59,050 bases of DNA, taken from NCBI GenBank assembly GCA_031549365.1, contig JAVBPX010000002.1, positions 1 through 59,050 of the forward strand. Reading direction: 5' to 3'. Every line of letters begins with the position of its first letter. Positions within the stretch are counted from its first letter, which is position 1. The DNA comes from Alphaproteobacteria bacterium. Its GTDB lineage: Bacteria; Pseudomonadota; Alphaproteobacteria; Rs-D84. Shown here piece by piece: positions 1 through 11,100 of the stretch. Under the pieces are notes generated by a model. That model had not been told where the DNA came from, did not search any database, and saw only the letters and a program-made list of their open reading frames with translations. The position numbers and the translations under genes are program-made.

Positions 1-284
1 GCACGAGCTTTTTGAATGGCAACAAGCGCCATTGGATCTACCGTAGGCGCATGCATAGTAGCCGACGAACCGGCAGGGGTGGATGCACCACCCCCATCGG
101 CTGCAAGTAAACGGTTAAAGCCAGCTGCTTCCAAATCTTTGGCATGACGCTGAACTGCCGTATTACTCATTCGTTCTTGAAAAGCCATCTGTTCACGAGA
201 TAACTGTTTATTGGTGGAATTTGCATCTTTCTGAGATAGAAAGTTCAAAACATTTCCACCAGCTGCAGCAATAGCACTCCACAT
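1..284 (-). CDS. Microvirus DNA pilot protein (VP2/H-like), 5' part only
   Basis: Manual translation [72 protein letters not shown]... carries the VP2 signature [11 protein letters not shown]..DL.AAG.N; RBS AAGGAG upstream; runs off the window edge. Confidence 0.88.
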   Translation of the reverse strand, partial: MWSAIAAAGGNVLNFLSQKDANSTNKQLSREQMAFQERMSNTAVQRHAKDLEAAGFNRLLAADGGGASTPAGSSATMHAPTVDPMALVAIQKAR

Positions 285-295
285 AATCAACTCCT

Positions 296-2104
296 TTAAA
301 CTATATGAATGCCTGGACGAGGATTACGAGCAAATACACGGCGACCATGAATGGTATAGCCAATGCAGATTTGCATTTGGTCTTCATCGCGGACAGAGAA
401 TGAACGGTCAGTGGGTTTTTCATAACGCCAAGCAGCAGACAATACAGGTTCGCCTTTGTTATACAAACGAGCCATAGTCCAGTGTAAGAACGTATCTTTC
501 ATATGACCATGTAACGTAGATGGAATATGCATTAATTCCGAATAACGTGGAACGAAACCGAAAGACTCTTCACCATTTGCAGAATTTGGATAGATTTCTA
601 CACGTTTAATATCCTGTTCGCCAACATGTTGAAATATTGGATTTGGGATATCAAAACGAGATGAACGCAAATACATCTTTGGAAGTATATTTTGATACTG
701 AGAACGTGGCATAATATGCATAACAGACATGACATAACCATGTTCAATTACCTTAATATGCAACGGTTGATTTTTACCACCTGTAATACCATGTCCGGCC
801 AAGTTACCTTGTGGGGATGTGCCATCAGTAGACGAAGTTTGCAATACTTCAGAGAACACAATCGGCAAACGGAAAGAGCCATGGAAAATAGGGCGCTGAA
901 TACGTTCGTCAGGAATACGAACACCAAACATTGCCAAAGTAAATTCAACTGCACGAGCACCGGCAGTTTGTAATACTTCACCAAAAGCCTGCATACGAGC
1001 AGCAATACGGAATGCAATAATTGATGCAGCGGTAGTTTGAATACCTTCAATATTACTTAAATCCGCGTATTGGCCTCCCGCTGTATAAGTTGGAGCTGTT
1101 GGCATAATTAAACCTCCTGTCCAGCCAGTAGGCAATCCAGCTATAACCGTATCCGGGGAAGCCTTTAAAATATGCTGATATGTAAAAGCGGGAATACCAG
1201 AGGTAGAAACCGTTTTACACCACATCTTCAAAACAGGATTATCCGCAACATTATCAGATTGTAATTCAATCCACTCTGATACAGGGTAAGCAACGTTCTT
1301 TAAAAACGTCAAACTAAATCCTCGCCACAGCGCAGGATTAGAATTTCCATTACCCAATAGCATCATTTTCTCTTCAGACCACTTAAACACTGTTTTTGTA
1401 ATAACAGGAGCAATCGGAGGAGTTAAATTAACATCACCAGTAATCGGCAACATCGCTTGTGGGCCACGTTGAGTATTGGGCAGGGCACGACCGAAATAAT
1501 CTCTCGACCAAGCTTTTGGAAATATACCATCAACGAGCAAATTATAACCTAATGGGTTACCGGATGCATCTTGAAATTCATATGCACCATTAATGAAATC
1601 TTCATACTTGGTTAAATCCAATTTCTTTACGAAATTCTGATCACGATAGTTTTCATTGATAATATGCATATAGCAAACTATGGGCAGGGCACAAACTTGT
1701 AAACCAGCGCCAACAATGACTTTATTGCCCGTATCAGGGTCAATATAATTGGTTGGCAAGCCTAAGAAATCAGCCAAAGAGCCTGATTCAAAGCCAGTTG
1801 CTGGAATAGTAACGGTTGGCATTAATGGATTTGCCATACCATCTTCGCCACCAGTCAAGAAATCATCCCAAGAAATACCTAATTTATCAAATAATTGACG
1901 CCAAGGCACTTGGTATGTATCAACACCGACAAATACATCATGCATAGTCGGTGCAACTTGTGGTAGAAAACGAGTTAAATTTGCGGCTTCAACACGAAAT
2001 GAATCGCCTGGAAACACTTCGAATAGGGTCGACGGATAAACTAAGCCCATATTATTGGTACTTGTTTTGGTATGGCTCAAATTATGAGCATGACGTTTCA
2101 ACAT
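296..2104 (-). CDS. Microviridae major capsid protein (VP1/F)
   Basis: Motifs [54 protein letters not shown] are typical of microvirus MCPs. ATG at 2104 has AAGGA at normal spacing; the ORF track starts at 2113. Confidence 0.95.
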   Translation of the reverse strand: MLKRHAHNLSHTKTSTNNMGLVYPSTLFEVFPGDSFRVEAANLTRFLPQVAPTMHDVFVGVDTYQVPWRQLFDKLGISWDDFLTGGEDGMANPLMPTVTIPATGFESGSLADFLGLPTNYIDPDTGNKVIVGAGLQVCALPIVCYMHIINENYRDQNFVKKLDLTKYEDFINGAYEFQDASGNPLGYNLLVDGIFPKAWSRDYFGRALPNTQRGPQAMLPITGDVNLTPPIAPVITKTVFKWSEEKMMLLGNGNSNPALWRGFSLTFLKNVAYPVSEWIELQSDNVADNPVLKMWCKTVSTSGIPAFTYQHILKASPDTVIAGLPTGWTGGLIMPTAPTYTAGGQYADLSNIEGIQTTAASIIAFRIAARMQAFGEVLQTAGARAVEFTLAMFGVRIPDERIQRPIFHGSFRLPIVFSEVLQTSSTDGTSPQGNLAGHGITGGKNQPLHIKVIEHGYVMSVMHIMPRSQYQNILPKMYLRSSRFDIPNPIFQHVGEQDIKRVEIYPNSANGEESFGFVPRYSELMHIPSTLHGHMKDTFLHWTMARLYNKGEPVLSAAWRYEKPTDRSFSVRDEDQMQICIGYTIHGRRVFARNPRPGIHIV

Positions 2105-2228
2105 CTTTATCATCCTTTTTTGGTGGATTAACTAAATTTTGTATGGAATAGACTACACCCTCGACAAGAGGGATGACGATAGTTGCATTTTTTAAAATGC
2201 ACAAAACAGCTTTGATTATTTTATTCAT
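2082..2228 (-). CDS. Small phage protein (48 aa), hydrophobic N-half and charged tail
   Basis: [48 protein letters not shown]; GGAGG RBS; ATGA overlap with the upstream gene and overlap with the VP1 start. Confidence 0.65.
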   Translation of the reverse strand: MNKIIKAVLCILKNATIVIPLVEGVVYSIQNLVNPPKKDDKDVETSCS

Positions 2229-2359
2229 CGTAAAATTCCTCCGCGAGAGCCAAAAGGCGTTTTGCGAGAGACGCGCTTACGGTGATAAGACGAACGACCA
2301 TAAGAACGACGAGAACGACCAGCCGAACGGCGGCCACGATAAGACCTAGAACGAAACAT
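2225..2359 (-). CDS. Microvirus DNA-binding/packaging protein (VP8/J-like, 44 aa)
   Basis: MFRSRSYRGRRSAGRSRRSYGRSSYHRKRVSRKTPFGSRGGILR is Arg/Ser-rich with C-terminal RGGI, like gokushovirus VP8 (RGGIRL); AAGGAGG RBS. Confidence 0.88.
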   Translation of the reverse strand: MFRSRSYRGRRSAGRSRRSYGRSSYHRKRVSRKTPFGSRGGILR

Positions 2360-2366
2360 AATTAAA

Positions 2367-2396
2367 CCTCCTTGTAGTTTTATGTTCACAAGGAGG
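2367..2396 (-). promoter_or_regulatory. 9-bp inverted repeat pairing with the VP8 Shine-Dalgarno
   Basis: CCTCCTTGT-N12-ACAAGGAGG; on the minus strand the 3' arm is the RBS of the first phage gene. Confidence 0.55.
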
Positions 2397-2405
2397 AAAA
2401 GAACA

Positions 2406-2433
2406 AATCGTCATAACGCGTATTATGAATCAG
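2406..2433 (+). other. dif-like XerC/XerD site, inverted copy (phage side)
   Basis: AATCGTCATAA-CGCGTA-TTATGAATCAG has the CATAA-N6-TTATG dif architecture. Confidence 0.6.
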
Positions 2434-2449
2434 TTTAGTTTTATCCTAA

Positions 2450-2477
2450 ACTATTCATAATATACATTATGCGACAT
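2450..2477 (-). other. dif: dif site / prophage att junction (XerC/XerD)
   Basis: Minus strand ATGTCGCATAA-TGTATA-TTATGAATAGT; 18 contiguous bases (CGCATAATGTATATTATG) are identical to E. coli dif. Confidence 0.8.
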
Positions 2478-2641
2478 TAAGAACACTCCGTTTTACCTAC
2501 ACCTCGCATATTTCAGCCACTTTCGAACACATCGCCCCAAACACACATTTGCATACAATAATTTTATAAATTTGAATTATTTTTATATTTTTTGGATTTT
2601 GTTTAGCTTTGTACCGATCAATCCGACCTATTTTTCATATG

Positions 2642-2665
2642 AAAAATCCCGAAAATTTCGGGATT
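2642..2665 (-). terminator. Rho-independent terminator of tadA
   Basis: AATCCCGAAAATTTCGGGATT hairpin followed by a T run on the minus strand at the stop codon. Confidence 0.6.
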
Positions 2666-3203
2666 AATTTTGCTGCGCCTTACACGTTTTCATCATGTTT
2701 TCCAGTCGTTTTTTGGCCTTGTCCTGGCGTTTTTTCTTGAAAAAATCGGTTAATAATTGGCCTGCCTCTGCCGCACATTCGAGATCTTCGATCACTTCGG
2801 GGCGAAATAGATGCGAATCTGTATCATAAACGCGCGAATTTGTGAAAATTCCGCCGCCCTTGATGTCCCTGGCCGCCAAAATAACCGTCTTAATTCTGGC
2901 GAATGATATTGCTGTTGCACACATAGCACACGGCTCTAATGTTGTAAATATGACGCAATCATCCAAAAATTTTGACTTTTGATTTCGGGTCGCCTCGTGA
3001 ATAGCAACAATTTCTGCATGAGCCATCGGGTTATTTTTTGATTGTACGCGATTTTCGCCGCGCCCGACAACCTCCCAGTCGCCACGATCGCCACGACGCG
3101 CCACAACAGCACCAATTGGCACATCATCGTGCCGCATGGCTTTTTTGGCCAACTGGATCGCTGTTTTCATCGGATTTTTGTTTCGACGCCCTAAAAAAAA
3201 CAT
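2664..3203 (-). CDS. tadA: tRNA adenosine(34) deaminase
   Basis: VPIGAV, HAE and LEPCAMC deaminase motifs. Confidence 0.9.
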   Translation of the reverse strand: MFFLGRRNKNPMKTAIQLAKKAMRHDDVPIGAVVARRGDRGDWEVVGRGENRVQSKNNPMAHAEIVAIHEATRNQKSKFLDDCVIFTTLEPCAMCATAISFARIKTVILAARDIKGGGIFTNSRVYDTDSHLFRPEVIEDLECAAEAGQLLTDFFKKKRQDKAKKRLENMMKTCKAQQN

Positions 3204-3249
3204 TGAAAACCCCTATTTTTCTGATATTATGGCATCAAAGGACCAATGC

Positions 3250-3801
3250 ATGCAAGTAATTTCAGGAACATTTCGCGGCAAAAAATTATGCCTGCCCGAT
3301 ATTGCGCGCCCGACATCAATGCGGGCGAAACAAGCACTCTATTCCATGATAAATGGATTGATTGAATTGCCCGTCAATACAGTATGGGACGCGTTCGCTG
3401 GCAGCGGCGCATTCGGAGTTGAATTTATTTCTCGTTCTTGGTCGCAACATATTGTTTTTACTGATATTTCCAAAAATTCAATTGATTGCATTCGCCGCAA
3501 TATTTCGTCCATTTCCGGGAATAAAATGGCAACAATTTTGCATACAGACGCCCTGTCCGCGGTATCAAAATTTGGAGATTCCGATATTATATTCATCGAC
3601 CCACCGTATTCGCAATATGACATAATTGATCCATTTTTAAAAAAATTAACATCAAAAATAACGCCGGAATCGTTGCTGGTACTGGAAATTGAGGTCACCC
3701 AACCAATACCAAAAACTATCGAAGCCGGATATGAAATACTACGTGATCGCACATACGGTCGTGCCCGATTTTTGATATTAAAACAACGAAATATCAAATA
3801 A
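3250..3801 (+). CDS. rsmD: 16S rRNA m2G966 methyltransferase RsmD
   Basis: MQVISGTFRGKKL, RPT, DAFAGSGAFG, FIDPPY, YGRA motifs; start moved to the ATG at 3250 after AAGGA. Confidence 0.9.
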   Translation: MQVISGTFRGKKLCLPDIARPTSMRAKQALYSMINGLIELPVNTVWDAFAGSGAFGVEFISRSWSQHIVFTDISKNSIDCIRRNISSISGNKMATILHTDALSAVSKFGDSDIIFIDPPYSQYDIIDPFLKKLTSKITPESLLVLEIEVTQPIPKTIEAGYEILRDRTYGRARFLILKQRNIK

Positions 3802-3845
3802 ATATTTTTTCAAATTCATCTAATTTATCAAGAGGTAAAGATAAC

Positions 3846-5123
3846 ATGAAAAATCAAACCGCCCTGCACCATTTATCAAACGGCACCGCCGTCATATTGG
3901 ATCCATTAAATCACGTTATGACAACATCCATGGGGGTATGGTTTAATGTTGGGTCGCGCAATGAAAAAGAATCTGAATTTGGCATTTCGCACGTTTTGGA
4001 ACATATGGCATTCAAGGGAACAAAAAATCGAACATATGCCGAAATTAATCAATTCATAGAAGATCGTGGCGGCATAATAAACGCATACACAGGGTTCGAT
4101 GTAACGGCATACCATATAAAAATATCAAACGAACATTTGAAACCCGGATTGGAATTATTGGCCGATATTTTAAAAAATTCGATTTTTCCAGCGGACGAAT
4201 TGGAAAAGGAAAAGAATGTCATACTCCAGGAATTGAATATGTACGAAGACATTCCAGAATCGGTCATCGAAAATGAATTAATCGAAAACATTTTTCGAGG
4301 ATCGCCACTGGGGCATACAATTATCGGATATGAAAAAAATATAAAATCATTTACACGCGAAAACTTAATTGATTATATGAACGCACATTACACAACGGAA
4401 AACATGGTGATTTCTTTGTCTGGCGCCGGACTGGATGATCCACAGGGTGTTTTGAATATGTTAAACACGTTGTTTTCAGATTATACCATCAAAAAAACCG
4501 AAAAATTCACTCCATCAAAACTAAAAACCACACAAACACATAAAGCCAAAGCTGACCAAAATATGGTTTATTTAAAAATCGCGTTTCCAGCCACGAATAT
4601 TTTGAATCGGGTTTTGGATGTTCATACAGCCCTGTTTTTACGCATTATGGGTGCAGGAATGTCATCACGATTATTTGACGAAGTGCGCGAAAAACAAAAT
4701 CTGGTTTATAATATATCCGCGGGACGATTCAGCTTTGAAGATGTCGGATCCGGAATTATATCTGCATCGACAGAGCCAAAAAACATTGATAAAACCATTC
4801 GTGCGATTGCGGCCGAATGTCGCGCAATAATAAATGATCGCCCAGCAACAGACGCCGAATTGTCCCGAGCCCAAGAATGTTTAAAATCCCGCCTGGCGAT
4901 GACAATGGAAGAATCTATGAACCGGGCGGAAATATTCGGATCGCATTATTTACAATTTAATGATGTTTATAACATATCAGAATTGGTTAATATTGTTGAC
5001 GCAACGACACTGAATGACATTCAATCGGTTGCAAATAACATTTTATCAAACACCCCATCAATTGTAACATACGGCCCTGGCGACGATTCAAAAATGAAAG
5101 AATGGATTGAATTATTTAAATAA
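3846..5123 (+). CDS. M16 family zinc peptidase (pitrilysin/MPP-like)
   Basis: GSRNE...GISHVLEHMAFKGT (HxxEH), INAYT, SSRLFDEVREK. Confidence 0.93.
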   Translation: MKNQTALHHLSNGTAVILDPLNHVMTTSMGVWFNVGSRNEKESEFGISHVLEHMAFKGTKNRTYAEINQFIEDRGGIINAYTGFDVTAYHIKISNEHLKPGLELLADILKNSIFPADELEKEKNVILQELNMYEDIPESVIENELIENIFRGSPLGHTIIGYEKNIKSFTRENLIDYMNAHYTTENMVISLSGAGLDDPQGVLNMLNTLFSDYTIKKTEKFTPSKLKTTQTHKAKADQNMVYLKIAFPATNILNRVLDVHTALFLRIMGAGMSSRLFDEVREKQNLVYNISAGRFSFEDVGSGIISASTEPKNIDKTIRAIAAECRAIINDRPATDAELSRAQECLKSRLAMTMEESMNRAEIFGSHYLQFNDVYNISELVNIVDATTLNDIQSVANNILSNTPSIVTYGPGDDSKMKEWIELFK

Positions 5124-5165
5124 TTTCGGCCCCGTCCGGGGCCATTTTATTAATATGCACACTAA

Positions 5166-8100
5166 TTAAAACCGAAATTCTGCACCAACGCGCAATGTAT
5201 TTACAACAGCATCGGCATTGTAATGATATTCGTATGAAACATTTACGCTGGTTCCATATGCGTGTGCAAATTCAACACCGGCGCGCGCATTCATCCAAAA
5301 ACCGTCGGACGATACGCCAGAATAATCAAAATTGCCATTTGTTCCTGCGAAATGGAACGAAGTATCCAAATTATCCATCCCCATAACATCGTATTCAATG
5401 CCCAAACCGATAAACGGGCGCAAATAAGACATACGGGTGATATATATGTTTTTGCCCAATGTTGCTTCGTACCCTGGGGTTATTGAAACATATGCATCCT
5501 GTTCTACGACCATATAATCGTTGTCGCTTTCCTGTTCTGTGTAATCATACCCTGAATAATATCCTGCGCGAATATATCCACGACCCGCGGCATAAACGCC
5601 CCAAATTTTGTGAACAATGCCCCATTCTGTTGAAACACCAAATGCAGAACCCGATCCCGATAAATGACCAACGTATTGCTGTTCCCTCTCGATATCAAAT
5701 TCATGCAACGAAACCATTAAATTTCCATACAGTTTTACTGCTTCTTTGCGGCCCATGATACCGTATACTCCAAAATGCACGCTGGTATCGGTTGTTTTTG
5801 GATTGTTGATTTTGATTTCCATATCGTTACGAGCACCACCCATAAATCCACCAAATATTAAATTACGGTTGATACGACGATCAAATCCAGCCAGGCCAGT
5901 TAACATGTTGCCGTCCGGAGAACCATACGAAATACCATCCAGAGAAATCATACTGTATGATAAATCTGCCCATAAATTATTTCGGTTTATATTACGCTTC
6001 CACAAAAAAGTATCCATAATTTGTCCGGACACCGTTGACGCCATATTTCTGTTGGATAATGAAATACTGTGGGCAATTTGCTCTGCCCCGCGAATATTAA
6101 ATAACGATACAAAATCGCGAATTGGGTCTGGGTTATTATCCAGTTCGTAATTTTGTAATAATGGGTATAATTCCTGCATGATCCCAGAAAATGGGCTGTT
6201 TGGCAACAAAGTTGTTATAACGGGCAAATAATTATGTGAAAAATCAGGATTCCAGCCGCCATTAATCAATCCCATTTCAATTAATGAATCCATCGCACCT
6301 GCTGTTTGAACATCGTTTGATGTTGGGCTATCTGACACTTCGACAATTGGCTGAATTTCTTGGATTTTTGCTGGCGATTTATCCGGATCAAACACAATTT
6401 TAATATCATGGTCGCCCAACAAATAGTAAATATAAGCAAAATCGTTATCGGGCCCAGACACAATATCTTGGGGATTTAAATCGCCGGATGCGTTTGTCGT
6501 TGATGCCAAATCAACACATTGTGTCCCTGTTAAATTACAGAAGTAAACATTCAAAAAACGCATTACGCTATCGCCCAATTCAGTAATATCGCCATCAACA
6601 TGAATCAATGTAATTTCAGAATTTGCGTCCAAATTTAACACATCAAATAAACTGATACTTATTTGACGTCCATTATTGCCATTGGTTAAATTTGTAATGA
6701 AATCACCACCAACTGTTACGTATGGCGTTGTGCGGGTCAAATCATCCACAGCAATGTTTAATGCGCTGACGTCATTAAAAATATAATTTCCACCAATATT
6801 TAATGATGTTAACTGATTAAATTTAACCCCTTCTGACACATCGGTGCCAACCGATACATTTAATCCATTGTTCAAACCAATACCGTCATAATAAGCATAC
6901 GATGATTTAAATATCATATTGCCAGACAGTCGGTTCAAACCCCCATTAACTGTTACGTTTTTAGAATCGATTGTTAATGTTTTCGATGCTTGTGTAATAT
7001 CTCCATCCACATTTATCGAATCCGCGACAATTGTATAATTATAAGTATTTAAAATATTAACAGACCCAGCACTATTAAAATCGGACACCGCGCCGTAAAT
7101 CAAATTTCCACCAACATCAAACAGGTACGACGACACTAACTTTGTTCCAGTAATATTTAATTGACTGTCTGCGTTTTGATTGGTTTTAAGGCTGGAAACA
7201 GAAACAACAGACACAGCATTCCAATCCATTTCCCCAGAATTTACAACATTGCCAAATTGCATCGTGCCGCCATCCAAAATTATAGAAGCAGAACTGAGAT
7301 TGGTCAAATTTCCAAAAAATACTGATGCGGCCCCAGCATCAACCATCAAATTTGAACCGGCATTGTTCACAGATACGCCCGAAATCACTGTGTTGCCCAC
7401 GGTTTTAATAAATAAATCAGAATTATTTGTTATTCCATCCGCAATCGTTACAGTTGCGCCAGAATCAATCGTTAATGTTTGTGAATTTACTATGCCGCCC
7501 TGGGTTTGAAATGCGCCAGTTGTGATGAATGTAAAATTATCACGAAATACGTTTGCCGACCCACCATAATTTGTTGTAGAACCATCGTTTATAATTTCGC
7601 CAGCAATTGAAATATCGCCCGCCCGCAATCCGGCAACCGAAACATTGTTTCCATCCAAAATATAAGTATCCAGGTTTAATTGGCTGGTCGTGCCGGCATC
7701 CGTTATTAAATGATTAACAAATGTATCAATTGATGATACCAAGGTCATGGTGCCGGAATTTCGTAGGATTCCGGCAAAATTTATGCTTTCTGCGCTCCAA
7801 CCTGCGGTGCCCGAATTGATTGAATTGCCCGTAACATCGATTGTGTCGTTTGCAATCATATCCAGAGTTCCTGCATTATCAATGTATCCATTAACAATTA
7901 TATTTTCCGCGCCCACACTCAAATCCATTCCAGAATCAACAACAATAGAATCCAACACTATATCCCCAGATATTGATGTTATGGAATACAAAGCTGATAA
8001 AATATTAATACCACCACCCGTGGCTGTGTTCGTCCCATCCATGACAATAGACCCCGACAAATTAATATCAGAATCAGAATTTAACGCAGTTCCAGTTAAA

Positions 8101-11100
8101 TCCAATTTTCCAGATGCCGAATTAAAGCTGTTCACTGTTGCTATGTCCGCCAAATCCCATGACATAACTGCATTATTTACAACATCTAAAAATGATGCTG
8201 ACGTGGATGTCAAAGAAACATTTCCTGCCCCATTATTTGTCCAATCGCCACCAGAAATTGTTCCCGTCAATTGATCGGTTATTATTGACAGGGCCTGAGA
8301 AGTTAAAATATCCCCATCAATTATAATATTTGAATCAGATGATAATTCAAAACCGTTTATCCTGATATTCAAAGATCCATTCGCACTATCGGCTGTTGCC
8401 AAAGAAATTAAATCGCCCCCAATATTGGCATCCCCAAAAATTTTCATTTTGGCCCCTGATGCGCCCACAACAACGATTTTGCTATCTACGGAATCCGAAA
8501 TATTCATATCATCATAAATTTCCAAATAACCGTTTGTTCCCAAAAAGTCCAGCGTCATTAATCCAGAATTATCCATATCACCAAATACCATCAGAGAATT
8601 AAACGACAAACTAGCAACACCAGAATTTTCAAAATATCCATTAAATACGCCAGCCCCGTAAATGCCCATATTTAATGTGAACGTTCCCGCATTATCCAGA
8701 TAACTGGGGCCGCCGTTTCCGAAAACAAAACTATCCTCGGCATTAATGGTTTGAACCGCGCCAAATAAATTTTCGACGTGTTCCTTTACAGACACAAGAC
8801 CTGATGAAAATGTCAGAACGCCTTTGTTAGATACTGATTGTAATATAATTTCTGCACCACCTGCGGCTTTCTGTGAAACAAAAATTAATTCTGCCCCTGC
8901 ATTATTTAATAACGCACCATCAGACACAGATATAAAACCTTCATTTGCAGTCATTGTTAAATCGCCACTATTTATCAATCCCGCACTGCCGGCCAATAAT
9001 ATATACGTAGCCGAATCCACCACCATCATTGCACCAACATTATTTTCAACGCTACTGGCCGAACCGTTTGCGCCGAACTGAATAACATTTGCAGAAACAT
9101 TCAAAACAGAATTATTAATCACAGACCCAAAAACACTAAACGCACCAGGCACAGACGTTATATCCATTTGGGCACCAAAATTAACAATGTCTTTTTCAAC
9201 TCGTATAGAATCAATCGAATTAATTGTCGTTATGCTGTTGTTTCCCAAAATTTTATTTATTCCGTCAATTGTACCGGAATATAAATTACCACCGATAAAA
9301 ACTGGGTTCAAAGATGCGGACATATTCAAAATATTTCCTGTATTAATTACATCACCTGATGCAACCAATATATCAGCAGTTAAATACATATCTGAATTTA
9401 AATTGAATGCAACCAGATCCGTTGTCCCGTTATAAATATTTCCGGTATTAATTTCATCATTTGTTAAATTTAAAACAAATGTTTTTATGTTACTTTGAAA
9501 TAATGTTGATAAATTCCCAGCTGAAAAAGTCCCTGTCCTTAATGCGAAAACTGTATTGGCTCCAGATAAATTTAAATCCCCTGTAATTGTTGTTGAATTC
9601 AACACAGAAATTTCATCCCCGGCCGCATAAACATTATCGTTGCCCGACAACATATATCCCGTATTATTAACATCGCCAGAAACAGACCACACCAAGCCAT
9701 CAACCCCGAATTTGTTGGAATTATTTAAATCCCCACCCATGGATATGTTGTCGCCAACCATTGATATGTTCGCACTGTTGACAACGTCATACCCAATATT
9801 TATTGATCCGGACGATGTTGATAAAATCATGGATCCCGACAAATTTTCAATTGATACCAAACCAGCCCCGGGATCCATACCAATTTCAATTAATGCGAAA
9901 TCCTGTAACACAAATGAATCCGTTGCCGATCCATTCGATGAAATCATGTCTGATATTTTTGCAGTCCCATTATATGAACCCGATGCGCCATCGGCGCTGA
10001 AACTGCCCATGTTGCTGATGTTGTTGGATTGAAATCCACCGCCTGAAAGTATCAGAGAATATGTATCGGCAATATTTATACTGCCTGCAACAATTATGTT
10101 ATCCGCGCCAGAATGGGTTACAGTAAAAGTTTTTGAATCCAAAATATTTAAAGAACCGTTGCCCTCTTCCGTCCCGTTTAAATTTAAGTTGCCCGCAATA
10201 TCCAATACCCCCAATGCGTCGACAATCATATTACCAATTTCGCCTGCGTGTATATTAACATGACTGGTCGCATCAATATCAATTCCACCAACAAAAATGT
10301 CCCCACTTGAATCAAAAGACAAAAGCCCAGAATTTGCAATCAACACGTTGCCATCAATTCTTATGGCTCCATCTGATAAATTTGAAATTGACACATCCCC
10401 GGAATCAATCACCAATCCGCCGCCAATTGAAATTTCCCTGTTGGTCCCAGGCACAGCGTTCAGAGATAAAATTGTTGTCGATCCATTGTCCACAGAAACA
10501 TAATCGCCAACAACAATTCCATTATCTGAATTAATTAATAAATTTCCGGCGGAATTTTCAACATATCCATCAATAAGAATTGATGAATTTGACATACCGA
10601 TTGATGATAATATCAAAGAAGTTCCCAAATTAACAACATCCCCAGCAACATGTATATTATCATTTCCCTGTAATTCCATTGACCCGTACCCGTTTGATAC
10701 AGATGCAATTTCCAACGAACCGCCCGATATAATATTAAATTCAAATCCGTAATTTGCGATGTTTTGAAAAATCAATTGAGATCCAGAGCCCGCGTTAATC
10801 TGTGTGATTGCAGTGTCTTTGGCCTGGACAAAATTTGAAAAAGTTCCGCTATAAAAATCACCATTAACTGTTAAAAACCCGCCATCACGAATATTAATTA
10901 ACATCGATGGATTATTTGAAATATCGGATGCAACATTTATAACATCGCCGCCAATAGTCAGCGTTGAAAAATCCAAAGAAATTGTTACAGCATCACCGTT
11001 ATTTAACGGATCCAAATTTATTCCATCAACTGTGCCGTTATAAACATTTCCGCCGATTGATGAATTTGTGGTTCCCGTTTGGGTTAATGATAATGTTTCG

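Larger units (their letters stand above)
1..2477 (-). mobile_element. Microviridae prophage (right part; continues beyond the left edge), bounded by dif-like att site
   Basis: Co-oriented VP8-, VP1- and VP2-like genes abut host genes (tadA); a dif-like site lies at the junction (2450-2477). The exact boundary could lie anywhere up to ~2640. Confidence 0.85.

Noticed and set aside
2619-2646. Alternative dif candidate around ATCCGACCTATTTTTCATATGAAAAAT
   Set aside because: Only a short AT palindrome overlapping the tadA terminator; it lacks the CATAA-N6-TTATG architecture seen at 2450-2477
3136-3249. N-terminal extension of RsmD overlapping tadA
   Set aside because: The family start MQVISG at 3250 has its own RBS; the extension is an ORF-caller artefact, as for the eno, recA, rnj, recG and rbr extensions
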